A stretch of DNA of 35,931 nt from a bacterium (GTDB lineage: Bacteria > Armatimonadota > HRBIN16). Where the stretch lies: NCBI GenBank assembly GCA_025057335.1, contig JANWXG010000003.1, positions 1 to 35,931 on the forward strand. Reading direction: 5' to 3'. Position numbers and translations under genes: made by a program. This document shows positions 16,078 through 25,031 of the stretch, one piece after another. The notes beneath the pieces are model-generated. The model worked only from the letters and a program-made list of their open reading frames with translations. It ran no database searches and was not told the origin of the DNA. The stretch's first letter is position 1; the number at the start of each line of letters is the position of its first letter.

Positions 16078-17247
16078 CTACTCACGAAATGACATAGCGC
16101 CCTGCGAGATGTGGCAGCGAAAAGCAAGGGGTTGTATGCCTGTCTGCTCCGTGTAGCGTGCAGACACCTGTTGGGCATACTCCTCCATGCGAGCTTCCTC
16201 TACCAGGTGCAGGGTGGCGCCACCCCATCCTGCACCTGTCAAGCGCGCCCCCAGGGCGCCATGCTCCCTTGCTAAGCGCACCAGCAAGTCTAACTCAGGA
16301 GTGGAGTTCTCGTAATCCACGCGGCTGCTCTCGTGCGAGGCGAACATCATCTCACCCAGCGTGGCGACGTCACCCTGGTGGAGCGCTTCTCGTCCACGCA
16401 GCACGCGCTCGTTCTCGCTGATGACGTGTCGCGCCCGTCTTCGCAGTGGCTCGGGCATCTGCGCCTCCCACTGCTGGAACTCCTCCCAGCTCACGTCGCG
16501 CAGCAGCTGCACATGTTCGCCCAGCCTCTCGCGAAACCATGCCGCCGCTTCCATACACTCGCGATAGCGCGTGGCATAGTCCCCACTGACCAGAGCGTGC
16601 TGTGCCATAGAGTGTATCAGCACGAAGCCATACGAACCTGCTGGTAATGCGAGCGCTTCGTGTTCCTCTGTACGGGTGTCCAGAAAGAGGATGCTGTCCC
16701 GCTCGCCGAACACGGCGGAGAACTGGTCCAGGATGCCGCAGGGCATTCCGACGAACTCGTTTTCGGCTCGGCGGCAAAGCTTGGCGATTTCCCAGCGAGG
16801 CAGACTCGCTTCACACAGCTCCAGCAGCGCCATCGCGGTCGCGACCTCCAACGAGGCGCTACTACTAACCCCCGCGCCGATGGGCACGTCACCTACCACT
16901 ACTGCGTCAAAGGGCTCTAGCGCTATTCCTGCCTTCAGCAGCTCCACAACTACGCCTTTCACGTAGTCTGCCCAGCGGTCGCCCGGCTCCGCACGAAGCG
17001 CATCCAGAGCAAACGCTGCTTCTGCCCCCTTCTGCTGGGCGAAGACGCGGCACTGTTTTCGGGCATTTCGCCTCACCGCTACGACCGTCACCCGGTCGAT
17101 CGCGGCGCTCATCACGAAGCCGCCGTTGTAGTCGGTGTGGTTGCCCAGCACCTCCACCCTGCCCGGCGCCACGCCGTACGCGGCGGGGAATTCTCCGTAA
17201 CGTCGGTGAAAGAGACTTTTTGCCTGTTGCACTATCTCCTGCATCAT
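16078..17247 (-). CDS. galK: Galactokinase
   Basis: Galactokinase signature GRVEVLGNHTDYNGG and GHMP-kinase ATP motif PIGAGVSSSAS. Confidence 0.9.
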   Translation of the reverse strand: MMQEIVQQAKSLFHRRYGEFPAAYGVAPGRVEVLGNHTDYNGGFVMSAAIDRVTVVAVRRNARKQCRVFAQQKGAEAAFALDALRAEPGDRWADYVKGVVVELLKAGIALEPFDAVVVGDVPIGAGVSSSASLEVATAMALLELCEASLPRWEIAKLCRRAENEFVGMPCGILDQFSAVFGERDSILFLDTRTEEHEALALPAGSYGFVLIHSMAQHALVSGDYATRYRECMEAAAWFRERLGEHVQLLRDVSWEEFQQWEAQMPEPLRRRARHVISENERVLRGREALHQGDVATLGEMMFASHESSRVDYENSTPELDLLVRLAREHGALGARLTGAGWGGATLHLVEEARMEEYAQQVSARYTEQTGIQPLAFRCHISQGAMSFRE

Positions 17248-17377
17248 CCCGTTCCCTGCCTCACCTCGTGCTACACAACGATTTTGTCTAGGGGATGTCG
17301 GTTCTCCTGCCTACGCATGGACAACGAGGAAACCGGCTGCGCAGTGGGGAACGTTGATAAGGGTGAGGTGAGGGATT

Positions 17378-17905
17378 ATGGTAACGATTGGTGATGTGTT
17401 AGCGGTCATCGGCGTCGTCGTGGCAACGGTGCTTTCGCTCTGGGCGCTCACGTTGGCGGTGGCTTTGCTTTTTCGGACGCGCGCCGAGCGCGCCCGCACG
17501 CGCATCGAGTGCTCCCCTGGCAAAGTCACGTTGCGAGGCGCTCTGATGGCGCTAGTGCTGGGCGTGCTAGTAGCGGCACTGCTCAATCATCCAAACGGTC
17601 TGCTGAAGCTGGTCGGCTGGGTGGTCTATCTGTTCTTGCTGGTGGTCGGAGCAGTGGGTTTCAGCGGGCTAGTAGCGCTGGTGGCACAGCGTCTAGCGCA
17701 GATCGAGCCGTCATTCACGCCCTATGCCGCTTTGTCGCGTGGTGCGCTGCTCTGCGTGCTTACTACGCTGGTGCCCATATTGGGATGGTTTGTCGTCGCA
17801 CCGCTCATCGGGTTTGCCTCGCTGGGCGCAGGGGTCGAGGCGATTTTCTCTCGGACGCCTGCTCTAGCTCCCTCGGCTTCTGCGAATTCTAGCACGTCGT
17901 CGTAG
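17378..17905 (+). CDS. Hypothetical integral membrane protein (about 4 TM helices)
   Basis: ATG preceded by GGTGAGGTGAGGG. Four hydrophobic segments. No family recognised. Confidence 0.6.
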   Translation: MVTIGDVLAVIGVVVATVLSLWALTLAVALLFRTRAERARTRIECSPGKVTLRGALMALVLGVLVAALLNHPNGLLKLVGWVVYLFLLVVGAVGFSGLVALVAQRLAQIEPSFTPYAALSRGALLCVLTTLVPILGWFVVAPLIGFASLGAGVEAIFSRTPALAPSASANSSTSS

Positions 17906-17915
17906 AGGCCTGTGG

Positions 17916-18112
17916 ACCTCTCCCCCAGCCCCTCTCCTACAAAGAGAGGGGCGCTCCTCCCCCCTTCCTTCTCAGGGAAGGGGGGCAGGGGGGATAGGTT
18001 GCACTTCTGAAGGGAAAGGCGTGTCAACCTCTCTCCCTACCCCTCTCCTGCAAAGAGAGGGGAGCTATTCCCCCCTTCCTTCTCAGGGAAGGGGGGGCAG
18101 GGGGGATAGGTT
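17916..18112. repeat. Two tandem family-B-related units with 111-bp periodicity
   Basis: 17916-18000 and 18027-18112 are near-identical. Each contains CCCCTCTCCT-NCAAAG-AGAGGGG and CCCCTTCCTTCTCAGGGAAGGGG hairpins and ends in GCAGGGGGGATAGGTT. Confidence 0.85.
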
Positions 18113-18372
18113 CAAACTCCAGACGGAGCATGAGGGTCAAACCGTTTTGTCACAGACGAGTCGTCTACCTCCGATTCAGCATCTTCACGAAGGAAGTAGA
18201 CGACTCCTCTAGCGCAGCAAAGCAGTGACGAGTCTCTCTTCTTTTGACCGGAGTCTGCACGAGGGGCAAGGGCGCTGTCACGAGAGGTTTGCTCCCTCGT
18301 AAAAAGTCTGCCTGCGTAGACGGGCTTCGCGTAGAGAAAAGCAGCCTAAGGCACAGAACACTGCGTATCACC

Positions 18373-18505
18373 CCCTCATCCCCTGCCCCCTTCTCCCAGA
18401 GAGAGAAGGGGAAGGCTACAGACATGCGGGTGCGCTGATTGTGTCGCACGGTAGTGCATCTGCGCCCCTCTCCTGCTGGGCAAGGGGCGATGAGGTGAGG
18501 GCAAG
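18373..18505. repeat. Family-B repeat element split by an insertion of about 50 nt
   Basis: CCCTCATCCCCTGCCCCCTTCTCCCAGAGAGAGAAGGGG ... CCCCTCTCCTGCTGGGCAAGGGGCGATGAGGTGAGGG has the same architecture as 5720-5803. The middle (about 18415-18464) is unrelated sequence with its own GTGCG..CGCAC hairpin. Confidence 0.65.
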
Positions 18506-18693
18506 GGGAAAAGAGGAGGGCTGGCAGCTGGGCAGCAGCTTCGCCCTCCACATCGCTCTGCTGCCCTGAGCGCAGGTATCCACAGAGGCTTCGCCGTCGC
18601 TCAGGCGGACAGTTCTCCCCACAGCGGGCATGGGCGTCCGCAACAGGGCGAACGGCAGCCACATCCAGACGCAACTCCCCACTGCGAAAGGGC

Positions 18694-18722
18694 TTGACAA
18701 CTGCGTACAAGATATGTATACT
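18694..18722 (+). promoter_or_regulatory. Near-consensus sigma-70 promoter (TTGACA-17 nt-TATACT)
   Basis: TTGACA at 18694-18699, 17-nt spacer, TATACT at 18717-18722. Located 34 nt upstream of the 18756 start codon. Confidence 0.55.
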
Positions 18723-18742
18723 TTTGTATACATATCTTGTAC
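18705..18742. promoter_or_regulatory. 38-bp AT-rich perfect palindrome (candidate operator) overlapping the spacer, the -10 and the likely transcription start
   Basis: GTACAAGATATGTATAC-TTTT-GTATACATATCTTGTAC has 17-nt arms that are perfectly complementary. It is strikingly AT-rich against the GC-rich background. Confidence 0.6.
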
Positions 18743-18755
18743 GGGGGGAGTAGCG

Positions 18756-19226
18756 TTGAGAGCGATAGATGACACCGCGCTTCTGGAGGAGCTGTCTGAC
18801 CTGCTGCTGCGCCTAGTGGGGCGCGATGCGGACTACCCCGCCTACCCAGAGTCGCGCAACGTCGAACGCGAGCGAACGGACGCCCAGCGGGCAGCGCAGC
18901 TAGCGCCTCTCCACTACAACCTGCAGGTAGATGCCGTCTGTTCGCTGCGTCGTCGCGAGATTGCGCTAATGCTGGATTGCACTGCGTTGACCCCGCGCCA
19001 ACGCCAAGCGGTGCTCCTCTTTCTGCAGGGCTACACCTTCGAGGAGATGGGGCAGCGCTGGGGCGTCAGCAGGCAGGCAGCGCACCGACTCTTCCTACGC
19101 GCCTGCGAAGCCATCCGCCAGAGCTGGAGCCGCCATCCTCTGCACGGGTTGACGCTCACGTATCGCGAAAGCACCCTGCGACGTTACGCGCGGCGCACAC
19201 GCTGGCTCAATCATGAGGAGGAGTAA
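18756..19226 (+). CDS. Small protein with only a sigma-70 region-4 / YlxM-type HTH domain (156 aa)
   Basis: TTG start 5 nt after GGGGGGAG. The C-terminal LTPRQRQAVLLFLQGYTFEEMGQRWGVSRQAAHRLFLRACEAIRQ is a sigma region-4-like HTH. No region 2 is detectable. The track start at 18630 would run through the promoter and palindrome. Confidence 0.6.
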   Translation: MRAIDDTALLEELSDLLLRLVGRDADYPAYPESRNVERERTDAQRAAQLAPLHYNLQVDAVCSLRRREIALMLDCTALTPRQRQAVLLFLQGYTFEEMGQRWGVSRQAAHRLFLRACEAIRQSWSRHPLHGLTLTYRESTLRRYARRTRWLNHEEE

Positions 19227-19244
19227 ACCACCATGTGCCTGCGG

Positions 19245-20150
19245 TCACGCCCGCCGCCAGCGACGATAACCTATCCAGCTCATGGCAGCTATGGGTAGCC
19301 AGACTACCGCCCACACCGCCAGCCACACCACAACCGACCAGACACGCTGCGCGAACGCAACCAGCGCCCGTACCGCATCCGAAGCCACCTTTCCCGTGCT
19401 GAACGTCTCTGCTGGCACCAGAGGTTGGACGCGGGCACGCGGACGCAGCGTCACGCTCACGGTGCAATACTCCACCCGATGCGACAGGAAGCGCAAACGC
19501 CCCTCCAGCCGCTCTATCTCCTGGCGCACTCGGCTCAACTCGCGCTCTACTGCCAGGGTATCCGATAGCCTGCCCGTGCGCGAGAGATGCCCGAGCAACC
19601 GCTCCTCCGTGCGCTTCAGGTTGCGCAGCTGCGCCTCAACGTCCACATACTCCTCGGTCACATCTTCGGAGCTCACCTGCACGCTGAGCGCTTTGCCTAG
19701 CGCCTTCACCTCACGCAGCACCTCGTCGAAACGGCGAGCAGGCACGCGAAAGGTCACCACAGCGCTCTGGTTGCCCAGCTCGTCCGTCCACTCCTGCAGG
19801 TCGGATACGTAGCCCTGACGCTCTCGCACTAGCTGGCTTAGCTGCTCCACTGCCTCCCTCGTCTCGCTCACCTCCAGCGTGACCGAGGCAGTTCGAATCA
19901 GATACCGTTCTGGCTGGCTGGAGGCTAATCTCGCCAGCACCAGCCCGCTTCCCGAGACATCCCCCACAGCGGGAGCACCTGCTCTCGACACCCCCTGCTC
20001 CAGCAGCTTGCTTGCAGGCATCATGGGCGCCCCACCTTCCGCACCCCCTACCGCGACATCAGGAGCCACCGCACGAGAACGGAGATACACCGCTATCCAC
20101 ACCACCATACCTATCAGCAGCACGGCAACATAGAGCCACAACCGCTTCAT
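19245..20150 (-). CDS. DUF4349-domain membrane protein
   Basis: N-terminal signal anchor (MKRLWLYVAVLLIGMVVW). The central YLIRTASVTLEV...VTFRVPARRFDEVL...DVTEEYVDVEAQLRNL...coiled coil...YCTVSVTL pattern is typical of DUF4349, followed by C-terminal TM helices. Confidence 0.7.
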   Translation of the reverse strand: MKRLWLYVAVLLIGMVVWIAVYLRSRAVAPDVAVGGAEGGAPMMPASKLLEQGVSRAGAPAVGDVSGSGLVLARLASSQPERYLIRTASVTLEVSETREAVEQLSQLVRERQGYVSDLQEWTDELGNQSAVVTFRVPARRFDEVLREVKALGKALSVQVSSEDVTEEYVDVEAQLRNLKRTEERLLGHLSRTGRLSDTLAVERELSRVRQEIERLEGRLRFLSHRVEYCTVSVTLRPRARVQPLVPAETFSTGKVASDAVRALVAFAQRVWSVVVWLAVWAVVWLPIAAMSWIGYRRWRRA

Positions 20151-20337
20151 TGTGCTACCTCCTTCCCCAGCGTCGCGCCTCACGCATAAGACGTATGGCG
20201 CTCGGCAAGGGTTACGGCGCTGGGGGGAACACAGGCTTGTTGCGTAGACATGCGCCTCATGAGAAGCGTATAATTAGGAGAAGGGAACTGCCTGACAGCG
20301 CGGAGCGCTGCCGAACAGGTGAGAGAGGAGTAGCATC

Positions 20338-21231
20338 ATGTCGCCTATCACACGTCGCGAGTTTCTCGGAACAGTGCTTGCAGGGGCAGGAGGAATGTGG
20401 TTGCAAACGGTTTCAGAGGCGACGCAGAAGCCGCCATTGCGCTCGCCCACGGAGCAGGTCGCGTTGGGCAAAACAGGTATCAAGGCGTCTTTCGTGGGCA
20501 TCGGCACGGGAATGCGCGGCTGGATGCGTCAGTCCAACCATACGCGCATGGGCAAGGAGGCGTTCATCGCACTCATCCGGCACGCCTACGAACGCGGCAT
20601 TAACTTCTTCGACACCGCAGACCTGTACGGTACTCACCCCTTCCTCCGGGAAGCGTTGAAGGGCATTCCGCGCGACAAGGTGGTCATCCAGAGCAAAATC
20701 TGGTTTGCCCCGCACGGCTTGCCGGAGCAGGTAATCGACGCCCGGCGCGCCATAGACCGCTTCCGCCAAGAGCTGGGCACGGACTACATCGATATCGTGT
20801 TGCTACACTGCACCACCTCTCCGACGTGGACAGAGGACCTGCGTCCGATGCGCGAGGCGCTGGAAGAGGCGAGGCAGAAAGGGCTCATCCGCGCACACGG
20901 CACCTCTTGCCACAGCCTGCCTGCCCTCAAGGCGGCTCAGGAGTCGCCGTGGGTGCAGGTGCAGCTAGCGCGCATCAACCACCGGGGCACAGCGATGGAC
21001 GGCAGCCCTCAGGAGATCGCTGCATTGCTGCGTCAGATGCGTGCGGCAGGCAAAGGGGTCACCGGCATGAAGGTTTTCGGCGAAGGCAGGTTCCTCAGCC
21101 CACAGGAACGGGAGGAGAGCCTGCGTTTCCTTCTCTCTCAGCGATGCGTGGATAACTGCATCATCGGGTTTGAGCAGAAAGAGCAGATCGACGAGACGCT
21201 CGGTATCCTGCAGCGTCTGCTCACAGGATAG
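20338..21231 (+). CDS. Aldo/keto reductase with a twin-arginine (Tat) signal peptide
   Basis: MSPITRREFLGTVLAGAGG is a Tat motif. AKR motifs include INFFDTADLYG, and the length fits a TIM barrel. Confidence 0.85.
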   Translation: MSPITRREFLGTVLAGAGGMWLQTVSEATQKPPLRSPTEQVALGKTGIKASFVGIGTGMRGWMRQSNHTRMGKEAFIALIRHAYERGINFFDTADLYGTHPFLREALKGIPRDKVVIQSKIWFAPHGLPEQVIDARRAIDRFRQELGTDYIDIVLLHCTTSPTWTEDLRPMREALEEARQKGLIRAHGTSCHSLPALKAAQESPWVQVQLARINHRGTAMDGSPQEIAALLRQMRAAGKGVTGMKVFGEGRFLSPQEREESLRFLLSQRCVDNCIIGFEQKEQIDETLGILQRLLTG

Positions 21232-21245
21232 GGGAGTGGCGTGGT

Positions 21246-22670
21246 TTGTTCGCGATGGGTGTACCTCACGTCGTCGTCGTGGGTGGTGGTATTACAGGTC
21301 TTGCCGCTGCATACTACCTACAACGCCTGCAGCAGCAGGCGGGAACTCCTCTGCGCATCACGCTCCTGGAGGCGCAGCACCGTCTCGGCGGTAAAGTGGA
21401 GACAGTGCAACACGAGGGGTTCCTCCTCGACACGGGTCCCGACTCTTTCCTGACGCTGAAGCCCTGGGCGTTGCAGCTCTGTCGGGAACTGGGCATGGAG
21501 GCGCAACTGCTCTCTCCCAGCGCGCGCCAGTTTTTCCTGTTGATTGGGGGCAGACTGCATGCCGTGCCCCATGAGCTGGTCTCCTTAGTGCCAACGCGAC
21601 CGCAGGCGCTGTGGCGAGCTACGTTCCTGTCGCTGCTCGGCAAGCTGCGCGCCAGCATGGAGGGCTTGGTGCCCGCGCAGCGCAATCAGGAAGACGAGGC
21701 ACTGGGCGCGTTCCTGCGCCGCCGTTTCGGCAAGGAGTTCGCTATGCGGTTCGCCGAGCCGCTCATGGCGGGAATCCATGCAGGACACCCCGACCGGCTC
21801 AGCATGGCAGCGGTGTACCCAATGTACTGGGAGATGGAGCGCCGGTACGGTAGCATCACGCGGGGGCTGATACACCTGCGACGCCAACGACAGAAGGATG
21901 GTGCGCCGCGCGACGCTTCGCCCTTCATGGCGTTGCGCGACGGGATGGGCAGCCTTATCAACCGCCTGCAGCAACGTCTTCGTGGCGTCGACGTAATGCT
22001 CTCTACTCCCGTCGCAGGCATCGACCTCCTACCCGACGGCTCGCTGCATCTCCGTCTCGAGCAGGGAGAGCCCCTGCACGCCCACGCGGTCATCCTCACC
22101 GTGCCTGCCTACACCGCTGCGAAATGGCTACAACCTCTCAGCGAAACAGCGGCGCGACTACTACATGCAATCCCATATGCGTCCACTGCGGTCGTGTCGC
22201 TTGCATACCGACGCCAGGCGGTCGGGCATCCTCTGGAAGGAAGCGGCTTCCTCGTGCCGCGCACCGAGCCTGTAGGTATCACGGGCTGTACCTGGTCGTC
22301 CAGCAAGTGGGAGGGACGAGCGCCCGCTGACCATGTGCTGCTGCGCGTGTTCATCGGCTACGCGGGCGCAGACCAGATGGTGGAGCAACAGTGGGACGAA
22401 CTTCTCGCCCGAGTCGCCCACGACGCGCTGTGTCCCCTGTTAGATATCCGTGAACAACCGCTCTTCGCTCAGGTACACCGCTGGCTAAAGGCGATGCCGC
22501 AGTACGAGGTGGGACATCTGGCGCGTCTGCGCCAGCTGGAGGAGGCGTTATCGGCATACCCGATGCTCCTGCTGGCGGGTTCTGCCTATCGTGGAGTGGG
22601 TATCCCCGACTGTATCAGGCAGGGGAAGGAGGCGGCAGACAGGGCATGGCAATATCTCCTCCGGCAATGA
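21246..22670 (+). CDS. hemY: Protoporphyrinogen/coproporphyrinogen oxidase (HemY/CgoX family, FAD-dependent)
   Basis: N-terminal dinucleotide fold VVVVGGGITGLAAAYYL. Length and internal motifs (GGKV...G....D.GP, C-terminal GVGIPDCI) match HemY-type oxidases. Confidence 0.85.
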   Translation: MFAMGVPHVVVVGGGITGLAAAYYLQRLQQQAGTPLRITLLEAQHRLGGKVETVQHEGFLLDTGPDSFLTLKPWALQLCRELGMEAQLLSPSARQFFLLIGGRLHAVPHELVSLVPTRPQALWRATFLSLLGKLRASMEGLVPAQRNQEDEALGAFLRRRFGKEFAMRFAEPLMAGIHAGHPDRLSMAAVYPMYWEMERRYGSITRGLIHLRRQRQKDGAPRDASPFMALRDGMGSLINRLQQRLRGVDVMLSTPVAGIDLLPDGSLHLRLEQGEPLHAHAVILTVPAYTAAKWLQPLSETAARLLHAIPYASTAVVSLAYRRQAVGHPLEGSGFLVPRTEPVGITGCTWSSSKWEGRAPADHVLLRVFIGYAGADQMVEQQWDELLARVAHDALCPLLDIREQPLFAQVHRWLKAMPQYEVGHLARLRQLEEALSAYPMLLLAGSAYRGVGIPDCIRQGKEAADRAWQYLLRQ

Positions 22671-22821
22671 GCGCAACGATTGGCGTCGACAGGGCGTGCT
22701 CCTTCCTGCATCCTCGACATGTTGCGAAACCCTACTCCGTCGTAGCATCCTACGCGCGGTCACTGGGCGAGTTGACGCCTTGCAGAGGAGGCGGTTATAA
22801 TCAGGCTGGGAATAGAGGAAG

Positions 22822-23892
22822 GTGATCCGCACCGTTATCGTGGAGGCGAACTGGCAGGAGAGCCTGCGTGACCCCTGGCGTCACCTTCAGGCATCTCATC
22901 CGCAGGTGTCGCCCTTCCAGACGTGGGAGTGGGCAAGCCTGTGGTGGAAGCACTTCGGCAGGGGAAAGCAAGCGCAGATACTGTGCGTGCAGGAGGGGAA
23001 GGAGACGGTAGGCATCGCCCCGCTGTACGCTCGTCCGACGGTTCGGGGGAGATGCCTGCGCTGGCTGGGCACGGGCATCTCCGACCGATTAGGCGTGATT
23101 GCACTACCAGAACGCGAGCGCGAGGTAGTAGAGGCGCTCGCAGAGTGGATGCAGCAGCAGCCGTGTGCCGACCTGCACCAGCTGCCAGAAGGCTCGTGGA
23201 TGGCGCGCACTGCCGAGGCACGAGGTTGGCACGTGGTGGAGCAGGAGAAGTGCCCTTACATCACGTTGCCTGAAACGTGGGAAACCTATTGGGGGTCTTT
23301 AAGTAAGAAGATGCGTTTCAACTTGGGCTACGCCCAACGACAGATAGAGCGCGAATGGGGACAGGCGTGTCTGCACACGGCGGACGAACAGACGCTGCCA
23401 GTCTGGTTGGAGGCGCTATTTGACCTACACACCCGTCGCTGGCGGCGGCGTCTGTTGCCTGGAGGTTTCTTTCATCCGCGCGTGCGCCAGTTTCATCGGG
23501 AATGGGCGTGGAGCGCCTTCCACAATGGCTGGTTACGCCTGCACGCCCTGCAAGTGGGCGGGACGGTGTGGGCGGTGTTGTATGTGTTTCATTTCGGACG
23601 GCGCGCGTATTACTATCTGGGGGGTTTTGAGCCTCGCCTGGCGCGGTACAGCCCGGGCACCGTATTGACCGCGTGGGCAATCCGCCGTGCCATAGAGGAA
23701 GGCTGTGTGGTGTTTGACTTCCTGCGCGGCGACGAGCCGTACAAATATCGCTGGCGACCGCAGGTACTGCGGCATCGGCGGGTCTGTTGGGCGCGTGGCG
23801 CCTTGGGCTGGACGTGGCACCTACAAGTGAGCTGGGAAACTCGTCTGTGGAGGTGGCTACAGGTGCGCTTGCATGGAAAGGGGGTATCGTAG
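22822..23892 (+). CDS. GNAT-fold acetyltransferase of the CelD/BcsL (FemAB-like) family
   Basis: The PFQTWEWASLWWKHF N-terminus, the C-terminal YYLGGF.P....YSPG....A I......G...FDFLRG.E.YKYRW pattern, and the size are typical of this family. Confidence 0.7.
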   Translation: MIRTVIVEANWQESLRDPWRHLQASHPQVSPFQTWEWASLWWKHFGRGKQAQILCVQEGKETVGIAPLYARPTVRGRCLRWLGTGISDRLGVIALPEREREVVEALAEWMQQQPCADLHQLPEGSWMARTAEARGWHVVEQEKCPYITLPETWETYWGSLSKKMRFNLGYAQRQIEREWGQACLHTADEQTLPVWLEALFDLHTRRWRRRLLPGGFFHPRVRQFHREWAWSAFHNGWLRLHALQVGGTVWAVLYVFHFGRRAYYYLGGFEPRLARYSPGTVLTAWAIRRAIEEGCVVFDFLRGDEPYKYRWRPQVLRHRRVCWARGALGWTWHLQVSWETRLWRWLQVRLHGKGVS

Positions 23893-24258
23893 ATGCGTGT
23901 CGTCACGTTCCTGCTGGCGCTGCTGGCGTGCGCCGGAGTAGTGTACAATTATCAGCAGCTCCGCGAAGTGCGTCAGCAGCTGGAGCAGGTTCAGCTTCGG
24001 CTGGAGAACCAGCGGACGGAGGAACCGCCCGCTCTGGTGGAGGCGAAGCAGCGCATCCAGCGCGCACAGCAGCTTCTCCGTATGGGCAAGCTGCAGCAAG
24101 CGCGCGCGGAGCTGGAACAGGGCGCTAAAGCAGTAGCGGAAGCCGTCGGCAATCGGGAAAGCGCCCCTAACACCCTGCAGCAAGTGCAGCAAATGCTGGA
24201 AGGGGCGCGTAAGGAGCTGGCGCGCTTCTGGTCAGGGCAACAGGAGACGAAACCATGA
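23893..24258 (+). CDS. Hypothetical membrane-anchored coiled-coil protein (121 aa)
   Basis: The ATG abuts the upstream stop (TAGATG). One N-terminal TM helix is followed by Q/E/R/L-rich helical sequence. The stop overlaps the next gene's start. Confidence 0.5.
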   Translation: MRVVTFLLALLACAGVVYNYQQLREVRQQLEQVQLRLENQRTEEPPALVEAKQRIQRAQQLLRMGKLQQARAELEQGAKAVAEAVGNRESAPNTLQQVQQMLEGARKELARFWSGQQETKP

Positions 24259-25031
24259 CACGAGCGAGAGCACTAGGGAGAACCGCCCTCCTCTTCGTCC
24301 TGCTCGCCGCCGTGCCTTTAGTCATCGGCTGTCGCGGGACGAACCTGCTCAGCAAGCAGGACGAGATTCAGATTGGGAAAGAGGGTTCTGCCGCTATCGA
24401 GAGGGAATACAAGTTGGACACAGACCCCGCGCGCACAGCGCTCGTGCAGGAGGTCGGGCAACGCATTCTAGAGGGGATGCGACAGGTAGAGGGCAAACGC
24501 GCCCCTGATTTCCCCTTCACCTTCAAGGTGCTGGACACGAAGGAGGTCAATGCGGTCTCGTTGCCAGGCGGTCCGGTGTACGTCTTTCGCGGCTTGATGG
24601 AGCAGGTCGGCGACGACACGGACATGCTAGCCGCTGTGGTGGCGCATGAGGTAGCCCATATCGTCGCACGCCACGCAGCCAAGCAGATATCCAGCAGCAT
24701 CCTGGCAGACCTGGCTATCTCGCTGGGCACCAGAGGAAGTGCACAGAAGGCTGCCACCATCGCTACCTCGCTAGTGATGCTTCAGTACAGCCGTGACGAT
24801 GAATACGATGCCGACCGCCGAGCCATCCTGTATACCCATGCTGCGGGGTATGACCCGGAGGGGCTAGTGCGCTTCTTCGAGAAACTGCAAAAGCTGGAGA
24901 AGAGCCCGATGAAGGGGTTACTGGCGAACCTGCGCACTCACCCGCTCACGGAGAACCGTATCCTGCGGGCGAAAAGGCAAATTGCGCAGTTGCCCGACCG
25001 AACCTCTTCGCATGCGGTGCCAGCGCAATGA
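24255..25031 (+). CDS. M48-family zinc metallopeptidase lipoprotein
   Basis: Lipobox LVIGC. HEXXH motif VVAHEVAHIVARH with downstream E/D ligand context (DDEYDAD). Confidence 0.85.
   Translation: MTRARALGRTALLFVLLAAVPLVIGCRGTNLLSKQDEIQIGKEGSAAIEREYKLDTDPARTALVQEVGQRILEGMRQVEGKRAPDFPFTFKVLDTKEVNAVSLPGGPVYVFRGLMEQVGDDTDMLAAVVAHEVAHIVARHAAKQISSSILADLAISLGTRGSAQKAATIATSLVMLQYSRDDEYDADRRAILYTHAAGYDPEGLVRFFEKLQKLEKSPMKGLLANLRTHPLTENRILRAKRQIAQLPDRTSSHAVPAQ

Noticed and set aside
18165-18775. ORFs 18165..18710 (-), 18416..18775 (-), and the 18630 start of the HTH ORF
   Set aside because: They run through repeat elements, the promoter and the palindrome. Compositions are repeat-derived. The TTG at 18756 has a GGGGGGAG Shine-Dalgarno.
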